DNA of 62,060 nucleotides, filler included, from Sphacelaria rigidula (taxonomy: Eukaryota), in NCBI GenBank assembly GCA_964200075.2. It is 11 parts of 11 records of this genome, joined end to end, with 100 filler letters (N's around TTAATTAATTAA, not from the genome) between each part and the next. Parts side by side here need not be neighbours in the genome. Positions count along the whole stretch, not along the records: positions 33,907 to 39,457 come from CAXNAA020026400.1; positions 39,558 to 45,108 come from CAXNAA020026401.1; positions 45,209 to 50,759 come from CAXNAA020026402.1; 8 more parts are not named here. One strand, given 5' to 3'. The notes beneath the pieces are model-generated. The model was not told the DNA's origin. It saw only the letters and a list, made by a program, of their open reading frames with translations, and did no database searches. Within the stretch, counting starts at the first letter, position 1. Each line of letters starts with the position of its first letter. A program made the position numbers and the translations under genes. Shown one piece after another: positions 35,072 to 48,513 of this stretch.

Positions 35072-38000
35072 CCGGCTCCGCCTCACCCTTTCCGTGGACA
35101 AAATCTGGAACTGGGATCTCTGGTATCATCCCGCGCCCCCCCCCTCCTCGCGGGGACGGTGAAGGCACTTTGCCCCCTCCACTACTGACGGGGATCTGCG
35201 GTGCTGCTCCGCCCCTCCCACCAACTGAACTCGGCGGGGAGGACGGTGCGCTTGAGGAACCGCTGGACGAAGTGTCCACTGTCGAGCTTTTCGTCATGTC
35301 TTCACTCACACCCTGGCCTTGATCGACGCTGGAATCCTTCAGCTCGCCCGGCGTTTGGATCGCTTGCTGTAGTGTGCCGGGGGGGGGCAGCGGACGTACG
35401 TGTCCATGTTACATGTCTTGTCACGGTGATAGTTCCTCGTACAGTCAGAACTCGCATCGCGTCACGTGGGTAGCCTGGAGCTGGGCTCAAGTACCAGCAT
35501 TTTTCGGCCTTCGGTTGTAATTTATTTTTCCGCCTCCTCCTACAAAACCAGGCTTCAAGAACTGAATAAGATCACCATCCGGTGGTGATCCATACCACTT
35601 CTCATGCGGTGATATGTGGTGCGGGTTAGCCGAGGTGCCGGTATACTTCAGGGCGTGACACGCCCAGTTTGCCTGTTCAGCCCACAGGTTGTCACCATTC
35701 GGGATGCGCTCATCTAGGTACAGCTCAGATGCTTGCATTCTTGCCGCAAGGCTTGCTTTTTCGATGATACCCAACGCTCGCTCTGCAACACCGTTGAACT
35801 GGGGTGAGTCGGCAGTTATCTTGTCCTGCTTGATCGTTTCCCTGTCGCACAGTTCACCGAACGCACCCTCCGACAATTCACCCCCGTCATCGCTACGGAC
35901 TATCTTAATTTTGCTAGGAGAGACCTATGCGATGTATTTCGCGAAGTATCTCTCTGCCTCATCCTTCCCCCGAATGAAATACAGCTTCGTGCGCCGTGAG
36001 TGATCTTCTCGGACTTTCATCGTGTACGACTTTCCCCCGTAAGACTTGATCGGTTTCGGCCCGGCAAGATTTACAAACACCCTAGACGCTGACTTAGCTG
36101 TTCTCGTGTGCGTCGATCTTGGAATCGGCGCCCGCAGTCCCTTCGCCTCTGAGCAGCCGCGGCAGGGTTGCAGCTCCCCAGCCAGCTGCTTTCCCTGCTG
36201 CTTTGCCCTCTTCCGCAGTAAATCCTCGTGGACGTGGGCGTGGGCACAGTGAAATTCGTTGATGTCAGCGATTTGGGGGCTAGGCGAAGCCCCCGGGGCA
36301 ATAACAGAATATGCCGAAGCACACTTGTCACAACCGCTTTGGTCGAGGCGGCGGGCGTACATTTTCAGTTGATGTGGTTGTCCGGGTATTTTCAGTGTAT
36401 TGCCTGAATTGAGATCTACCCTGAAACCTGTACGAAAACCAGTGTAGGTGTGTCCCATGTGTTGGACCCTCGTGAGTGACAAGAGGTGATGACGGACACC
36501 AGGTACATGGCCAACATCCCATAATTTTAGGATCACATCCTGTCCGTCAGATCTGAAGGCAAGGGACAAATTTCCTCTACCTACGATCGGGTAAGTACCA
36601 CCTCCCGCGCACCGTAGTACCCTACCATTGCACTCTCTGTACTCCGTCATCTCATGGGAATCGTGGGAGAAGTGCTGGGTAGCACCCTTGTCAAATACAC
36701 ACGGTTCGCCCTTACCCTGCTGAATATCACCCCCCCGCCCAACACTCAATGCATACTCGCCTGTGTCGCCGTTGATGGCGGTGTCGAGAGAGGTGAAAGC
36801 CTCCCCATCCGCCACCAAACAAACGGAGGAGCTGTCGCTGTCGTCGGCCGCGCCCATCGCCATCACCACGTCTCCTTTCTTCGCTATCGATCTCAGACAG
36901 TCCCAGAACCTGTGCCCCTGCTGACCGCACCTCCCGCAGTATCTCTTCAAGCAGTTCCTGGCTAGATGCGTCGTGTTCTCGTCGCAAACGTGGCAGCGGA
37001 GCAGCTTCCCAGTCGCCGGTTTGCCGTCCGACGATGCCAATCCAGAGCTACTTGAACTCTGGCTCCCGCCGTTTCTCTGACCAGAGCCCGAGGGGTTTCC
37101 GGGTTTTCCCTTGCGATGTGCACCGCTCGGTTTTCCGGTTCCACCCCTGGCAAGGAGAGCCTAGTCGCCCGGGGATGACTTCTTGCCCCGGACAAGCTCC
37201 TGCTTCAAAGATGTCGAGTCGAGGTGCTTTCGGATCGAAGTCAACACAACCTCCCGTGTCAGCGGTCCCTCTCGATCCTCCAGCAGTTGCTCCTGATTGT
37301 GAAACCAGAAGGGCAATGCGTTGAGGAGTTTCAAGAGGATATTTTTTTCCCTTAGTCGTTCATGCTCCTCGTATGGGTTCAGGTTTCGTGCAATTTCCTC
37401 CATCTTGAGTAGCTTCTGCTCTGAATAATCACAGACACCAATCTTGACTCCATCGAACATTTTCAACAAAGCGGTTCTCGCCCCATTTGGTTTGGGGCGA
37501 AAGACATCCTCGAGTTTTCTCCAAACCGCACCAGGTGAGTGGACTCTGAGCAAAATATTTTGCTCCCTCTCTCCTTCTAAACTGTCACAAGCATCCGTCT
37601 GGCCCTCATGTTGGCTGCCACGGTCTCCTTCCCGTGTCCACTTTCTAGATACCCCAGTGCTCATTCAGGGTTACCGACATCTACGTCGTGCGAACTATCG
37701 CCAGCCATGATAAACACCCACTCAATTCCTTCGCCCCTGGCGAAGTTCACCAGCTCATGTCTGTACCGAGCATAATCAGCGTTCTTCCCTGAAACATTTG
37801 GGACGTTCTGTCGAAAAACGGGAACCCATGACACATTCCCGCTTGTATCGGTTACTTGGATTGACTCACGTGCGAGGACAAAGCCCGTAGCTCCGTCACT
37901 TGTGGCCTCGTTGTCCGTTGCGTCGCACGCTCCTTCCTCTGGAACAGCTTGACTCCCGATGTACCGTCGGTCTCTTACAACTCCGGCACCACATCGCTCC

Positions 38001-38254
38001 ACTGTTCTATTCGTGTTGAATTCTCCCTGTTGATGATGGGAACCATCACTATCGAGGACGCCATTGGTTTCTGCGCCCCCGGCCTCGCTTTCTGCCCTCA
38101 TATCGTCCATGTTACTCTGTAATGCAGCTTGGTTTAACTGCAAATCACGCATTAGCTGAAACATGGAACTCATCTGACTATTTACCTCTTGCAACTGCTC
38201 CATAACACCCTGCTCACCGATTTCTGTGGCAGGCCTACCAGCCTGTTCCGCCAT
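33925..38254 (-). mobile_element. Decayed Ty1/copia LTR retrotransposon gag-pol (Gag, 2 zinc knuckles, protease, integrase, truncated RT)
   Basis: CHVCDENTTHLARNC and CGRCGQQGHRFWDC knuckles; VFDKGATQHF protease; HCAHAH...CRGC; VFVNLAGP, SPQFNGVAERA integrase; YFETFA...HFDVTQAF...VYMRLPEG...GIKQAGRQW RT; PR-IN-RT order; several frameshifts and stops. Confidence 0.96.
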
Positions 38255-38269
38255 TCTGCCCAACCGGTT

Positions 38270-38760
38270 GTAACACTAATATATTCCGTGGCCCGTGGCG
38301 AAGGATAGATAGTTTTATCTTTTATATTATTTGAGAGTGCCTTGACGGAGTCGACCCTATGATAGAGGGATCAGATGTAGAGTGGGCTCAGGTGGCAGCG
38401 TGGCAGCTGCCTGAGCGTGGTACTGTAGTCACACACACTTGACTACCAGTACCCGTGCGTCAGAATAAATCTATCCGCACATGTACATGTTTACTCAGTG
38501 TACCCGTTCACATGAACATGGGCGGTCCCTCCTCCAGGGAAATGATGCTTTCCCTCTGCTGTTCATATTTCCCTCTAGGGAACGTTAACGAAAAGCACGT
38601 GCTCCAGGGCACCATATGTTCGGTACTCTGGAGGGATTCAGACCTCAGAATCACTGGAGCATCAGATGCCCTCCGGAGGATTCGTTTCATGACCGGAACC
38701 GAGCATGAAATACCCTCTCAGAGGGTATTCTTATCCTCGGGAGGGTCACTTTACCATCGA
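38270..38760 (-). mobile_element. Probable 5' LTR of the copia element (outer boundary uncertain)
   Basis: Non-coding stretch ending ...TGTTACA just upstream of the gag ATG, with an A-rich polyadenylation-like signal; no second LTR available to compare. Confidence 0.4.
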
Positions 38761-39620
38761 GAAGAGGGAAATCGCGATAGAGTATTTTAAGGCGGTAGCC
38801 GGATGGCCGCGTGTGTGACGGGTGTTATCTGGCGTGGTGGTCTGTAAGACAGGAGTCAAATAACGCTTCTTGCCTTTCGAACGCATGTTCTGGATGAAAA
38901 AGGAATATGTCTTGTGTCAAATAGTTTTTATCCGCGCGTCACTGATCGATGTTTTTACTTGGATCCTTCCAGGAACAAGAGTGCGGTTGCGGTTGATCTA
39001 TCAGATCGGCGAAAAACAACTCGACCGCACTTTGCGATCGATAAAAAAGTGCTCAGACACGCTCTGAGATTCGCTAGGGAAGAAATGCTACGGTAGGGGT
39101 TGCAGTTCTTGCTTTTGGGGTTTCCCTTCTTGTAGGAGAAAAAAATCATGGGGCTTAATGTACAATACAAATCTCCGGGGAAAGGACTCTCAGAAACATG
39201 GGGTTTGCACGCAGGGTCTTCTCGTGAATCCGCATCATGTTCAGTCTTTTTGAGGTGAAAATGATGTCGATTCACAAAATGACCTGTCCAACACCCCGAA
39301 CAGCCCCAGACATTATTTTCGCCACTGAAAAAAGTGCAACCTCTACCATAGCATCACTCAGGGCACCATGAACAAAGATGGGCCATGTTAATGTCATGAC
39401 AGCAAATTGTGCGAATTGAGGTTTAACTCTGAATTGAGGCTCAAGTGGGCAACCCGANNNNNNNNNNNNNNNNNNNNNNNNNNNNNNNNNNNNNNNNNNN
39501 NTTAATTAATTAANNNNNNNNNNNNNNNNNNNNNNNNNNNNNNNNNNNNNNNNNNNNCGACATTGTAGGGATGCGAGGTCAATGGTCTGATGACTATGGC
39601 ATGCATGATCATGAGTACCC

Positions 39621-42600
39621 CTCTCTGAGAATTCCTTCTTCCTCCAGCGTCATTCCCATTCTATCGTTCAGAATCTTATGGAATGTTTTCCCTACGGTGC
39701 TTAGTAGCGCTGTCCGTATATAATTCCCTGGGTCAGCCTTGTCTCCTTCCTCGAAAGGTTTTACTACTATCCCCTCTCTCCGCCTCTTGGGTGTGTACTC
39801 GTTTTTCCAGATCCAATTATACGGTATAATAGTCATAGCAATCATTCCCTCTTCTCTCTACTTGAGAAATCCATTCATTAATTCCTTTGCCCCTGCTGCT
39901 TTTCTATTCTAAAATTTAGCTACACACCCCTTCACTTTCCCTCTTGCGAACTCGCTCCCCAATTCTTCGGAACTGCCAGCTTCCCTTTTTGATGCCTCTA
40001 CATTTGCCTCTGCTCACGCGTTGGTTTCTTTCATCGAACTCCGCGTCGAACTTCTTGTTTGTTTATGGTGTTCCGAGTTTACGGTAGTGCTCTACTAGTA
40101 CTTATCCTTTCCCTTTCGAACTATTAACCATTTTGACGTTCTGTGCTCTTCGTGTGGTCATCTCCTTGTCTACATCTGCTTCCTGTTTGACCAGGATGCG
40201 TTCTATCCCTACCCGCATTGGCTTCATCCCGCCATCAAAGTCTTCATCTGCTTCGTCAACTGCATCTTCCCATCTTCCCTTCTTTTCCTTCTCCACTATC
40301 CTTCTTACCTCTTTTCTAGCTTCGGCATACTACCGGTCGCCCCGGTGGCTCAGTTGGTAATCTCGACACCTTCTTACGGTTAGGTTGTGGCTTCAATTCT
40401 CGGAGCGATCTGGAATTTTTTCTCACACCATGCCCAATAGTGGAGAGCGACTACGTCGTGGGCACGCAAAATTCGGCTTAACGTTCGACGACGGAAAGGG
40501 ACTGCTGAACCACTCTCGCGATAAAAAATAAAAGCAAGCACCACAGAAGGAAGGTGGGGTACTAAATACAAGTAAAAAAGAAAAAGCTCCTGTGTTGACT
40601 TTCCTCCTGTATGACCCTGGCTGATCCGCCCACATATACCGAAAGGTGTAGACCGGCGTCCAGAATACATGGGACGGCAACACACACACACACTTCTCTC
40701 ACCCCGCTGCGGTTTTACTCGATGTATATCTTGCTTGGGCCTCTCTATTTGCTCCTGTAGACCCTTTTCACGTCCTTATTCCACCATTTTACTGCTTCGT
40801 TGCATATGATCAGTGTCTTCCCTGAGTGGTGCCACGATAGCCCCCCTTCCCCCCCGCCAGACCAAGCCCAAAACTTGTACACTTAGCGCATGGTAGCTGG
40901 TTTCAGACTTCATGAAGCCCCCCATATAAGCGAAATTGGTGGAAACAATCCCCATCACGGGAATTTCTAGCTACTCGGTGTGCCCGTCTCTTCTCATTTA
41001 GGCTACGTCTAGACTTTTCTTCCTCAAACCAGCCATTTTTCCGGGGGGAGTCTATCGCGGCATCACTCCCCTATGACTTCACTTGGTGTAGTCATGACCA
41101 ATCACTCCCATCCTTTCATAATCTTCACTCCTGCCTCGACCCCTTTCAATTTCGGTAGTTGCTGCACCTACGCTTGCCAACAGCTCGGAATCTTTTACTG
41201 CATTTTCATTTGTCGCTTCTTGGAACTCTTGCTGTTTTTCTGTCAACCCTAGTCTATCTATTCTCCACTTGTACAGGTTCCTACCCCGCCCGGTTTTGAT
41301 AACTCGCGTATGTTGGCTATCTGTCCATACTAGGCAATGATCCGTAGTTTCTGCGTCCGCTGCACATATACGTACTTATGTTCCCTCACTACTCTAATGT
41401 TCGACTACTATGTAGCCAAGAATGTAGCTCTCTCTCTCATGTACGTAGTGTCTGGTCCACGCGCATAGTGGATCCGGCTTTTGTACTCCATTGCTTAATG
41501 TTTTCATCTCGTTATTCTTAAGGAATTTTAACATATCTACCCCATCGCTACTCTTCTTCGTTCTCCTTGTTGCCCAGTATTACCATTCAGCTTGCATCGA
41601 AATCTCCCGCGAGCATTTCTCCTCCTTGCCTTTTATGTTCCGCACGTCTGCTGCCATCCTCCGAACTTCCTCCGTATATCCTTTACCGTACTCTTCGACC
41701 CTGGGGGCACATAGATGTTTCCTCAGAGAAACGTTAATTCCCCACTTTTCTGGTACCCTTATCCACATGCTCGTGTCGAAATTGTGTCTTTGATCACTTC
41801 TACTATGTCACACAGGTATTCCTTGACTAAGAATCCCACCCACCCCCGCTACCCTGTTTTTGGGGTTCTGCCCCTACCCCTTTCCTCATCCATGCGTGCT
41901 CCCCAACTTTGCATCCCATATCCGCCCTGTCTTTCTTCCATGACTAATGGATTCCCACTATATCTAGGTCACGCTTACTTACTTGTTCGGACATCTCTGG
42001 TCTTTTGCGCTTATCCGTAGCAAATTTGCACACGTTTCTCGACCCTACTCTTAGCTTCCTTTCAAATTACTATCCACTTGATTTTTTATCTATTGTTCTT
42101 CCTCTATCGTTTTTACTTCCATCCTCCCTTGCTTGATTTTCCTTTCCGTTTCCGGTTTGGTCCTCGTCTGTTTGCCTTGGGCCGCCATTTCCCTCCCCCT
42201 TTCCCTTCAGGGCATTCACTTGTTCCTGCTTCCCCTTTCCTCACTCCACCCTAGTGCTACGTCTCAGGTTTGCTCTTCCATTGGCTATACATACTCCCCA
42301 TCCTGCCGCTCTAACCCATATCGGCACTTCACTTTTCTCTATCCTCTCCCACTCCTTGTTCACTCTCCGCTCTAGCATGACTCGGCAGTTTTCTTCCTCC
42401 ATTATACTTTTCCTATAGCTAAATTGTGCATTCCTCCGTCATCGCATTTAGTTTTAAACTCTGTTCTTGTCATATCACTAGGAACTCCAACTACCAGCAC
42501 TACTAGTACTATACCCGTCCGCTCCTGATTTCTCCTTCCACCCTTCCTTTCCCTCTCCCTCTCCATATTTTTCGAGAGTATCTCCAGCTTGTTTGGTTTG

Positions 42601-42700
42601 AGTTTCGAAATGGAATACGGTCGATGAACTGGGATATCCCAATCCTAGTACTTGTTGGCGTCTATGTCTTTCAGCTCTTTTGCTAGCTCACGGACAGTAA
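39621..42700 (-). pseudogene. Heavily decayed non-LTR retrotransposon (LINE): AP-endonuclease and start of RT
   Basis: TPKRRREGIVVKPFEEGDKADPGNYIRTALLSTVGKTFHKILNDRM is the conserved RT N-terminal block; endonuclease remnants GWVGFLV and GDFDA near 41590-41850; many stops. Confidence 0.85.
40335..40693 (+). mobile_element. tRNA-derived SINE with a (CA)n tail, inserted in the LINE
   Basis: Pol III A box TGGCTCAGTTGG (40346-40357), degenerate B box GGCTTCAATTCTC (40389-40401), unrelated body, CA-repeat tail; LINE-like sequence resumes on both sides. Confidence 0.85.
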
Positions 42701-44320
42701 ATAACTGCCTCTAACACGGGCTCGTAGCCTGAAGCCAAGTTAAACACCCTTGGCAGAAGTACCCCAAGTCTGTGCAAGGAAATCTGCATGGTAAACCATC
42801 GAGGCGTTCCACAACCGTGTCTTCTTTTTTCTTGCCCCAGGGCTGTATTGATCACTGACCTTCAGGGATGTCATTTTTACCGTGTTAGATTCAAAAACCG
42901 CTTGCATGACACGGAATCTTATTCATACATCCGGATGTCCGGTACATCACTTACTTCCTCCCATTCCATGTATGGTTCACCATGGGTCGCTACTCCACTA
43001 ATGCTCTCGACTAGACCTTCGCTGCCGAAAGATTGACAAACGAATCCCCTGTATTTTGCACCGGCTTCTATCCTTCAGGATCTCAAGACATCTACGTACC
43101 GCTTGGTGCTTCTTCTTTCTGGCCATGTGGTCGGTCACTGGCAAGGTGTTTGTGTCATAACAAGTGTCGTAGGTCTTGACGCTTTTGTCATGTGTCATTC
43201 GCCATTTCCCTTCATCTGAAGCCTGCGCACCTACTATCGGGCGTTTTAGGATAATGTTTGACCAATTTTCGCCTCTTGGAAATCGGTACAGCTTTCCGGG
43301 TATCTCAGCCCGAGACCCAACGTTCAACGTCCATGTGAATTCAAGATGTCGGGATGGCCTTGTTCTATCTGCATTTTTCTCTATGTTTCTTGTGGTTTCG
43401 CGCGTAAGGTGGTCAACCTTCGGGCCATTACTCACATGTCTAGGGTTTAGTCTTCGTTTATATCCTACCTTTACTGCAGTATGGGGGACATAAGGCTTGC
43501 GAGGGGCAAGGTAGCTCCGGAGATCACTGAAATATCATGACGAGACGGGCCACACAGTATATCTTTTGTTCAGGAAGCGAACAGTTTGTCCATTGACCCA
43601 GTGAGCGCTCACTGATTCAATGGGTAGACTGTTCGCTTCCTGAACACAGAAGAATCTCGTAGCTTTTGTTTTGGTACGAGGGAAAAAAATATCATTCGGT
43701 TCGTTATTCCATATCATCTGTAGCCGGGCTGTGTTCTGATTAGTGCAAAGAAAAAAGGGGAAAATACAGAAAACGTATACCCTGTGGGTCAGGAACCATA
43801 AAGGGTATTGTAGTGCACTTTCCGGCTCGGGGCGCGGCGCTGCACGCGGGCTGGGTACCTCCAAAGCACCTTCCAGCGCCTCAACCCCCTTTTTTTGGCA
43901 AGCAACGAAAACAGGATTGGCTAGGGCGCAGAAAAGCAGACCTTGTTAGAGAACCAAATTTTATCAACAAACCAGCTGGGTATACCCGACTCTCAGCGAA
44001 CAAGTTATATCGGATCGTTTATTGTTCACGTGCGTGCCTTTTCATGTTCTATGATGGACACATACATGCTCGTTTTTGTTCAATGGCGACCCTGCCGTGG
44101 GCTCCGCCGTGGACACTCAAATATATCCTTCTTTGTCAATGTACACCGTGCTAAAAAGATCGAAACGCTCAATGACCAAGAGATCGTGTCCTGTCTCTGG
44201 TTGCCCCGCAGTTTCAAAACCTCCGGCCACGTGTGCAGGGTGCGAGCGTTCATCTACGGGAGACCCCAAAGATCCAAAGAAGTGTGCACACGTGGCCAAT
44301 CAGCGCCCCCGCAAAATTGT

Positions 44321-44476
44321 TCTAGAGTATATGAGAGAGTTTCAGAAAACAAAAATAGGCCAGAAAAACTCGGGGATAATTACTGTTTGATTGAATCTTA
44401 GTAAGAAGACGCAAATTATCCGTGAGTTTTTGGCTCAAAATCTTGTTCTCCGGAACTCTCTATTTTATACTCTAGA
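44321..44476. repeat. ~156-bp hairpin MITE-like palindrome
   Basis: TCTAGAGTATA...GAGAGTT...AAAAACTC..GGATAATT is mirrored by AATTATCCGTGAGTTTTT...AACTCTC...TATACTCTAGA. Confidence 0.8.
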
Positions 44477-45208
44477 GCAGAGGGTATATATTTGAGGTTG
44501 TAATAAAATGTCCAGATTCCTATGGCTGAAGCATACAGCATAGGGGAGCTCTAGAATGATCGCTCATGCATCCATCCCCCCAACGAGTCATGCTACGATA
44601 GGGGGAGGATATTTTGGGGCGTCTTCTTCCACGAAAATCTACTTGCAATCGTCGTTGATAGCAGCTACGGTAGTTTGAACGCGCTTGCTCCCGATAAAAC
44701 GCCCATTCATACTGTTTGACACCGCTTCTACCCAAATACAAGCGCACCGCGAGTGTATTGGGTCGTCTCACGACCCTATGAGCCCATTCTTTCGTGGAAT
44801 TGAACCCCCACCGCCTGGTCTGGCGACACCCCGGCGTGCTCCGTCCCGGCTTTGTAGGGGCGGACCCCCGATGGGGTTGGTGTCGGTTAGCGATGACGCT
44901 GTAAAACACGCCACTTACTGCGTAAGCTAGGCAACCAGGTTACTGTTTGTTTTGTGCGCTTGCGTTTTTGTGCGGTGACCATGATGGTAGTCGAGCTAGA
45001 TCATGTTGTGCGGTGTAAGAGAATCTCAACTCCGCACAATTGGGATGATCGTACTGCATGGTGTTCAAATGGTGAAACACCCATGAGGCAGTGTATAAGC
45101 CGTGGCTGNNNNNNNNNNNNNNNNNNNNNNNNNNNNNNNNNNNNNNNNNNNNTTAATTAATTAANNNNNNNNNNNNNNNNNNNNNNNNNNNNNNNNNNNN
45201 NNNNNNNN

Positions 45209-46628
45209 CAGGACGGTGGATCGCGGCCGGTGCGGGGTCGTCGGTTTTGCGATGAGGTGCGGCCGGACCCTTCAATGGAGGAGTTCAGAGTCGGTGACAT
45301 GTCTTAAAATATGTTTTGGATATCATCAGCATGTAAAATGTTATCATTGCGTAACGGCGGTGTGACAGATGCGGAGCAATAGAGGTGCGCGAGGGTGCAT
45401 GATCGGTGTTTTCCGGGCGCGAGTGAACGCGCGAAGAACTTGATCTGTGCCGCAAGGCATCCTCGTCAGTGCGTTCACGGTTAGCATTCACCGGGCGCTT
45501 CTGAGCGTGCGATGAGTTGATACTGTGACGTGGACTACCGTCATAAGTGTAACCATGAGTGACGTTCTTCGGACGTGTAAAAACGCGCGATGAATTCAAG
45601 CTTTGCTGGGAGTTGCCCTTAGAACTGCCAGAACGGCAGACGTGGTCGTGACCAAGTCTCGGTGTGCGGCGCCGGTCAGAAGCGCGAGTAAGACTCTGGT
45701 GTGACGTTGAGGAAGGGTTGGACTCATGTTCGTTGAATTTGTCATGAGTGACGAACGGAGAGCGCGATGTCGCCGAAACAGGCGCCAAACGTACGGATTT
45801 GGGCGTGGCAGGTGCAGAATCATCATTGAATTGCACGTGAGCAGACGCCGATTGATCTTGGAGCGTGGCGTGGCAAAAAGCCGTAAATGCCTCGATGAGA
45901 GCTGGCGCTGGCGAGGGCGACGACGCCGATGAGGTGCGATGCAGAGTTTGCATGGCAGCATGCATGGCCGCAACTGCGGGTCCGACATTGGACTGCGCCG
46001 TAGGGTGCGCGGAACTATCGAGAGTCGTGCGAAGGGGGTCCGTAACGGAAGCAGCCCGCGTGAGAACGTCTCTTGCTCCAGAAGCGATACGCTTCGTCGG
46101 GACAAAATCGTCTCGAGAGTTGTCAACCGTCAAGCGACGGGGTATCACGGTTGAAGCAACCGTTACAGGGCCAAGCTGGACACGTGGGTCCAGACGCAAC
46201 AACTCAGGGGGAGGCACAATCCTGACTTCGGATTCCACATTGGGATTCGGAAGAACAGGACGCAGCGAGGGGGGTGCAACGGAATCCACCACTATGGGTT
46301 CACTGATATGTCCGTCAGGAACCAATGACTCAGCCGGTTGCACTACCTTGTTCTCTGGGTCCGAGTCGGAACGTGAGAGAACAGGTCTCGGCGTCATAGT
46401 CTTGTCTTCAAGCCTTGAAGAATGAGAATCGCTCGAAGGTTGGTCTTCAGATCCCGAAGATCGAACAGCGCTCGCATACGTGTGGCGATGAGTTGAAGGT
46501 GACGTGACACTCACATTCAAAGGTTTCGAACCACCAGTAGTTTCACTCCGGGTCCGACGAAGCGATTGGTTTCCCAGTTGGGGGGAAGAGCCAGCGTCAT
46601 TTCTGTGCGACATGATGATCGTACGCAA
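45209..46628 (-). mobile_element. Long low-complexity Gag-like ORF, disrupted, running off the contig
   Basis: 447-aa S/R/P/A-rich ORF; ALIEAFTAFCHATL..HVQF and (shifted frame) LHADDIQNIF*DMS match motifs in 10058-11202. Confidence 0.55.
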
Positions 46629-48275
46629 CTTGTGTGCTTTAAAAGTCAGGGGCAGTGTGTCTGGTCTGCAGCTCTAATCAAAGGCGCGTGACACCAAGAG
46701 ATACTACGTGCAGGCCGAAGCTTGTATCCCAAAATACGGGATAATGAAGCCTAATAGCGCGTGAGGGGACGTTGGGACCTGCTTTACTTGAGTATTTCTA
46801 TTCCAGCAAATTGCTCTATGTAACAACTATATCCGGGGTCTGGTTATTACAACTTACTTAAGTTGTTGCGGTATAGTTATCAACGGAGCTCGGAATTGCG
46901 CACAGAACAGACGTATGTCGTCGAAAAAAAGCGAAGACCCTATCGTCTGTAGCAGCGTTGGTACGTGAAAGTTGTACAACTCACACGTGTTGCGGGTGTG
47001 GCGTCACGGACAGACTATAACTATATTATCCCGGCACAAGCTGAGGAACGACTGGCGGTGTACAATGAAAAAAGAATCAAATGAGCATCAAAACTGTGCA
47101 GCGTGAGGCAGCACAAAAGCTTTTACAAAGCTTGGGATGTAGACCGCGAAATCGGACTGCGTAGTGCAGGGCGAAGGCTTGCTACACAACGGAGTTGAGA
47201 CAACGTACGTATGTGAAACAAAGGTGACGATGTGCAAAACAGGGGCAACGTTGAGAGCGGGTGCCGAAAAAGATGTAGTGCACAGGCAAGGGGCACTGGT
47301 TTTGAGTGCTGTTTGCTCCAAGTGAGCACGTAATGTAAGTTTGGAATGTTTCAAACGAGTATTATCGCAACGAAACCGTTTCGGAACAATACATTTTGTT
47401 CGTTCGAGAGGGGATCAAATGAGGAAAAAACTCACAGTTCGTTGGGCTGTGTATTGTTACTTACCACGGTGATGTACCGCGTTGCTCTACGGCTGTGCAA
47501 AGTAGAGAAGAGGACAACAACAACAACAAAGTAGCTACAAGCAACGAAGTCAAAGTGCCGGAACGGGTCCACTCTCGTGTACAGATGTCCGTGGTCACTT
47601 TGTGAGAGCACGGGTTGCACTTGTTCAGTAATTTCGTAGAGGAAAGATACAACGGTCGCGTACGAGCGATACTAAAAATATAAGAGCAACAGAGTGCTGA
47701 GTTGGCTAGGAGCTCAGGTCAGGGACAGCGGCTGACTATGAGCAACAGTGCGCCTTGTGCACTGGTGTTCTGTACAAACCTGTAGTAGGAGACTTCTCCT
47801 GGCAGAAGGAAAGGGGGCAATAAGACCAAATACGCAAGCCAAGGATGGCTTGGCGCGTGATCGTGCCGGACTGAATCATCAAGGGATTCGCGTCGTGCAG
47901 TCGGAACTTACACCGTGCAGCGTGCAGGTGTATATGTCACAACGTGACAGCAAGGCGAGACTGGCAAGCGGAGCGCGTTGACCCAACGTAGCACAAGATG
48001 TGCAGTCAAGCGCTGCAGCAAGTCGCAAGTAGCAGGGCATGAACACTCTTTACCAGGGGACACACAGGGCAGAAGCTTTGCAGTAGCTACTGACTATCGA
48101 GAAGCGATAGGTTCGACAATTCACCGTACCGAAAAAACGAGGGGGCAAAAGTGATCACAAAGCTGGGGTCACGCAGCTCGACGGGCAGGGATACAAATCG
48201 GTATCAAGAAGGAAACGCAACTGCAAAAGAAGAAGCTCCTTTGTCAAACGCCAATGTAATGAAGAGCTGTTGTGC

Positions 48276-48513
48276 TATAAGACACACTGGCACGGTCTTC
48301 GGACAGCGTCTTGGGAACGCGAATCCGACCTGCAATTGCACCACCGTGCAATCCTCTTTTACTGGACGCAATCCCAACATCAGCATCTGGCTCACGACAA
48401 GAAATATCGCAACATGCGCCGTGGCGCAGCAGCCCGCGAACTTCACCGCAATCAGGGACTACGCTTCGTTGCCAATGGTTACGAACTTCTACCCACCAAG
48501 ACTTGTAAGACGA
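48276..48513 (+). repeat. 238-bp displaced copy of the integrase chromodomain region (50124-50361)
   Basis: Near-identical sequence from TATAAGACACACTGGCACGG to TTGTAAGACGA. Confidence 0.95.

Noticed and set aside
40335..40410. tRNA gene
   Set aside because: A and B boxes are present, but there is no convincing cloverleaf and it continues into a body with a CA tail; a SINE fits better.
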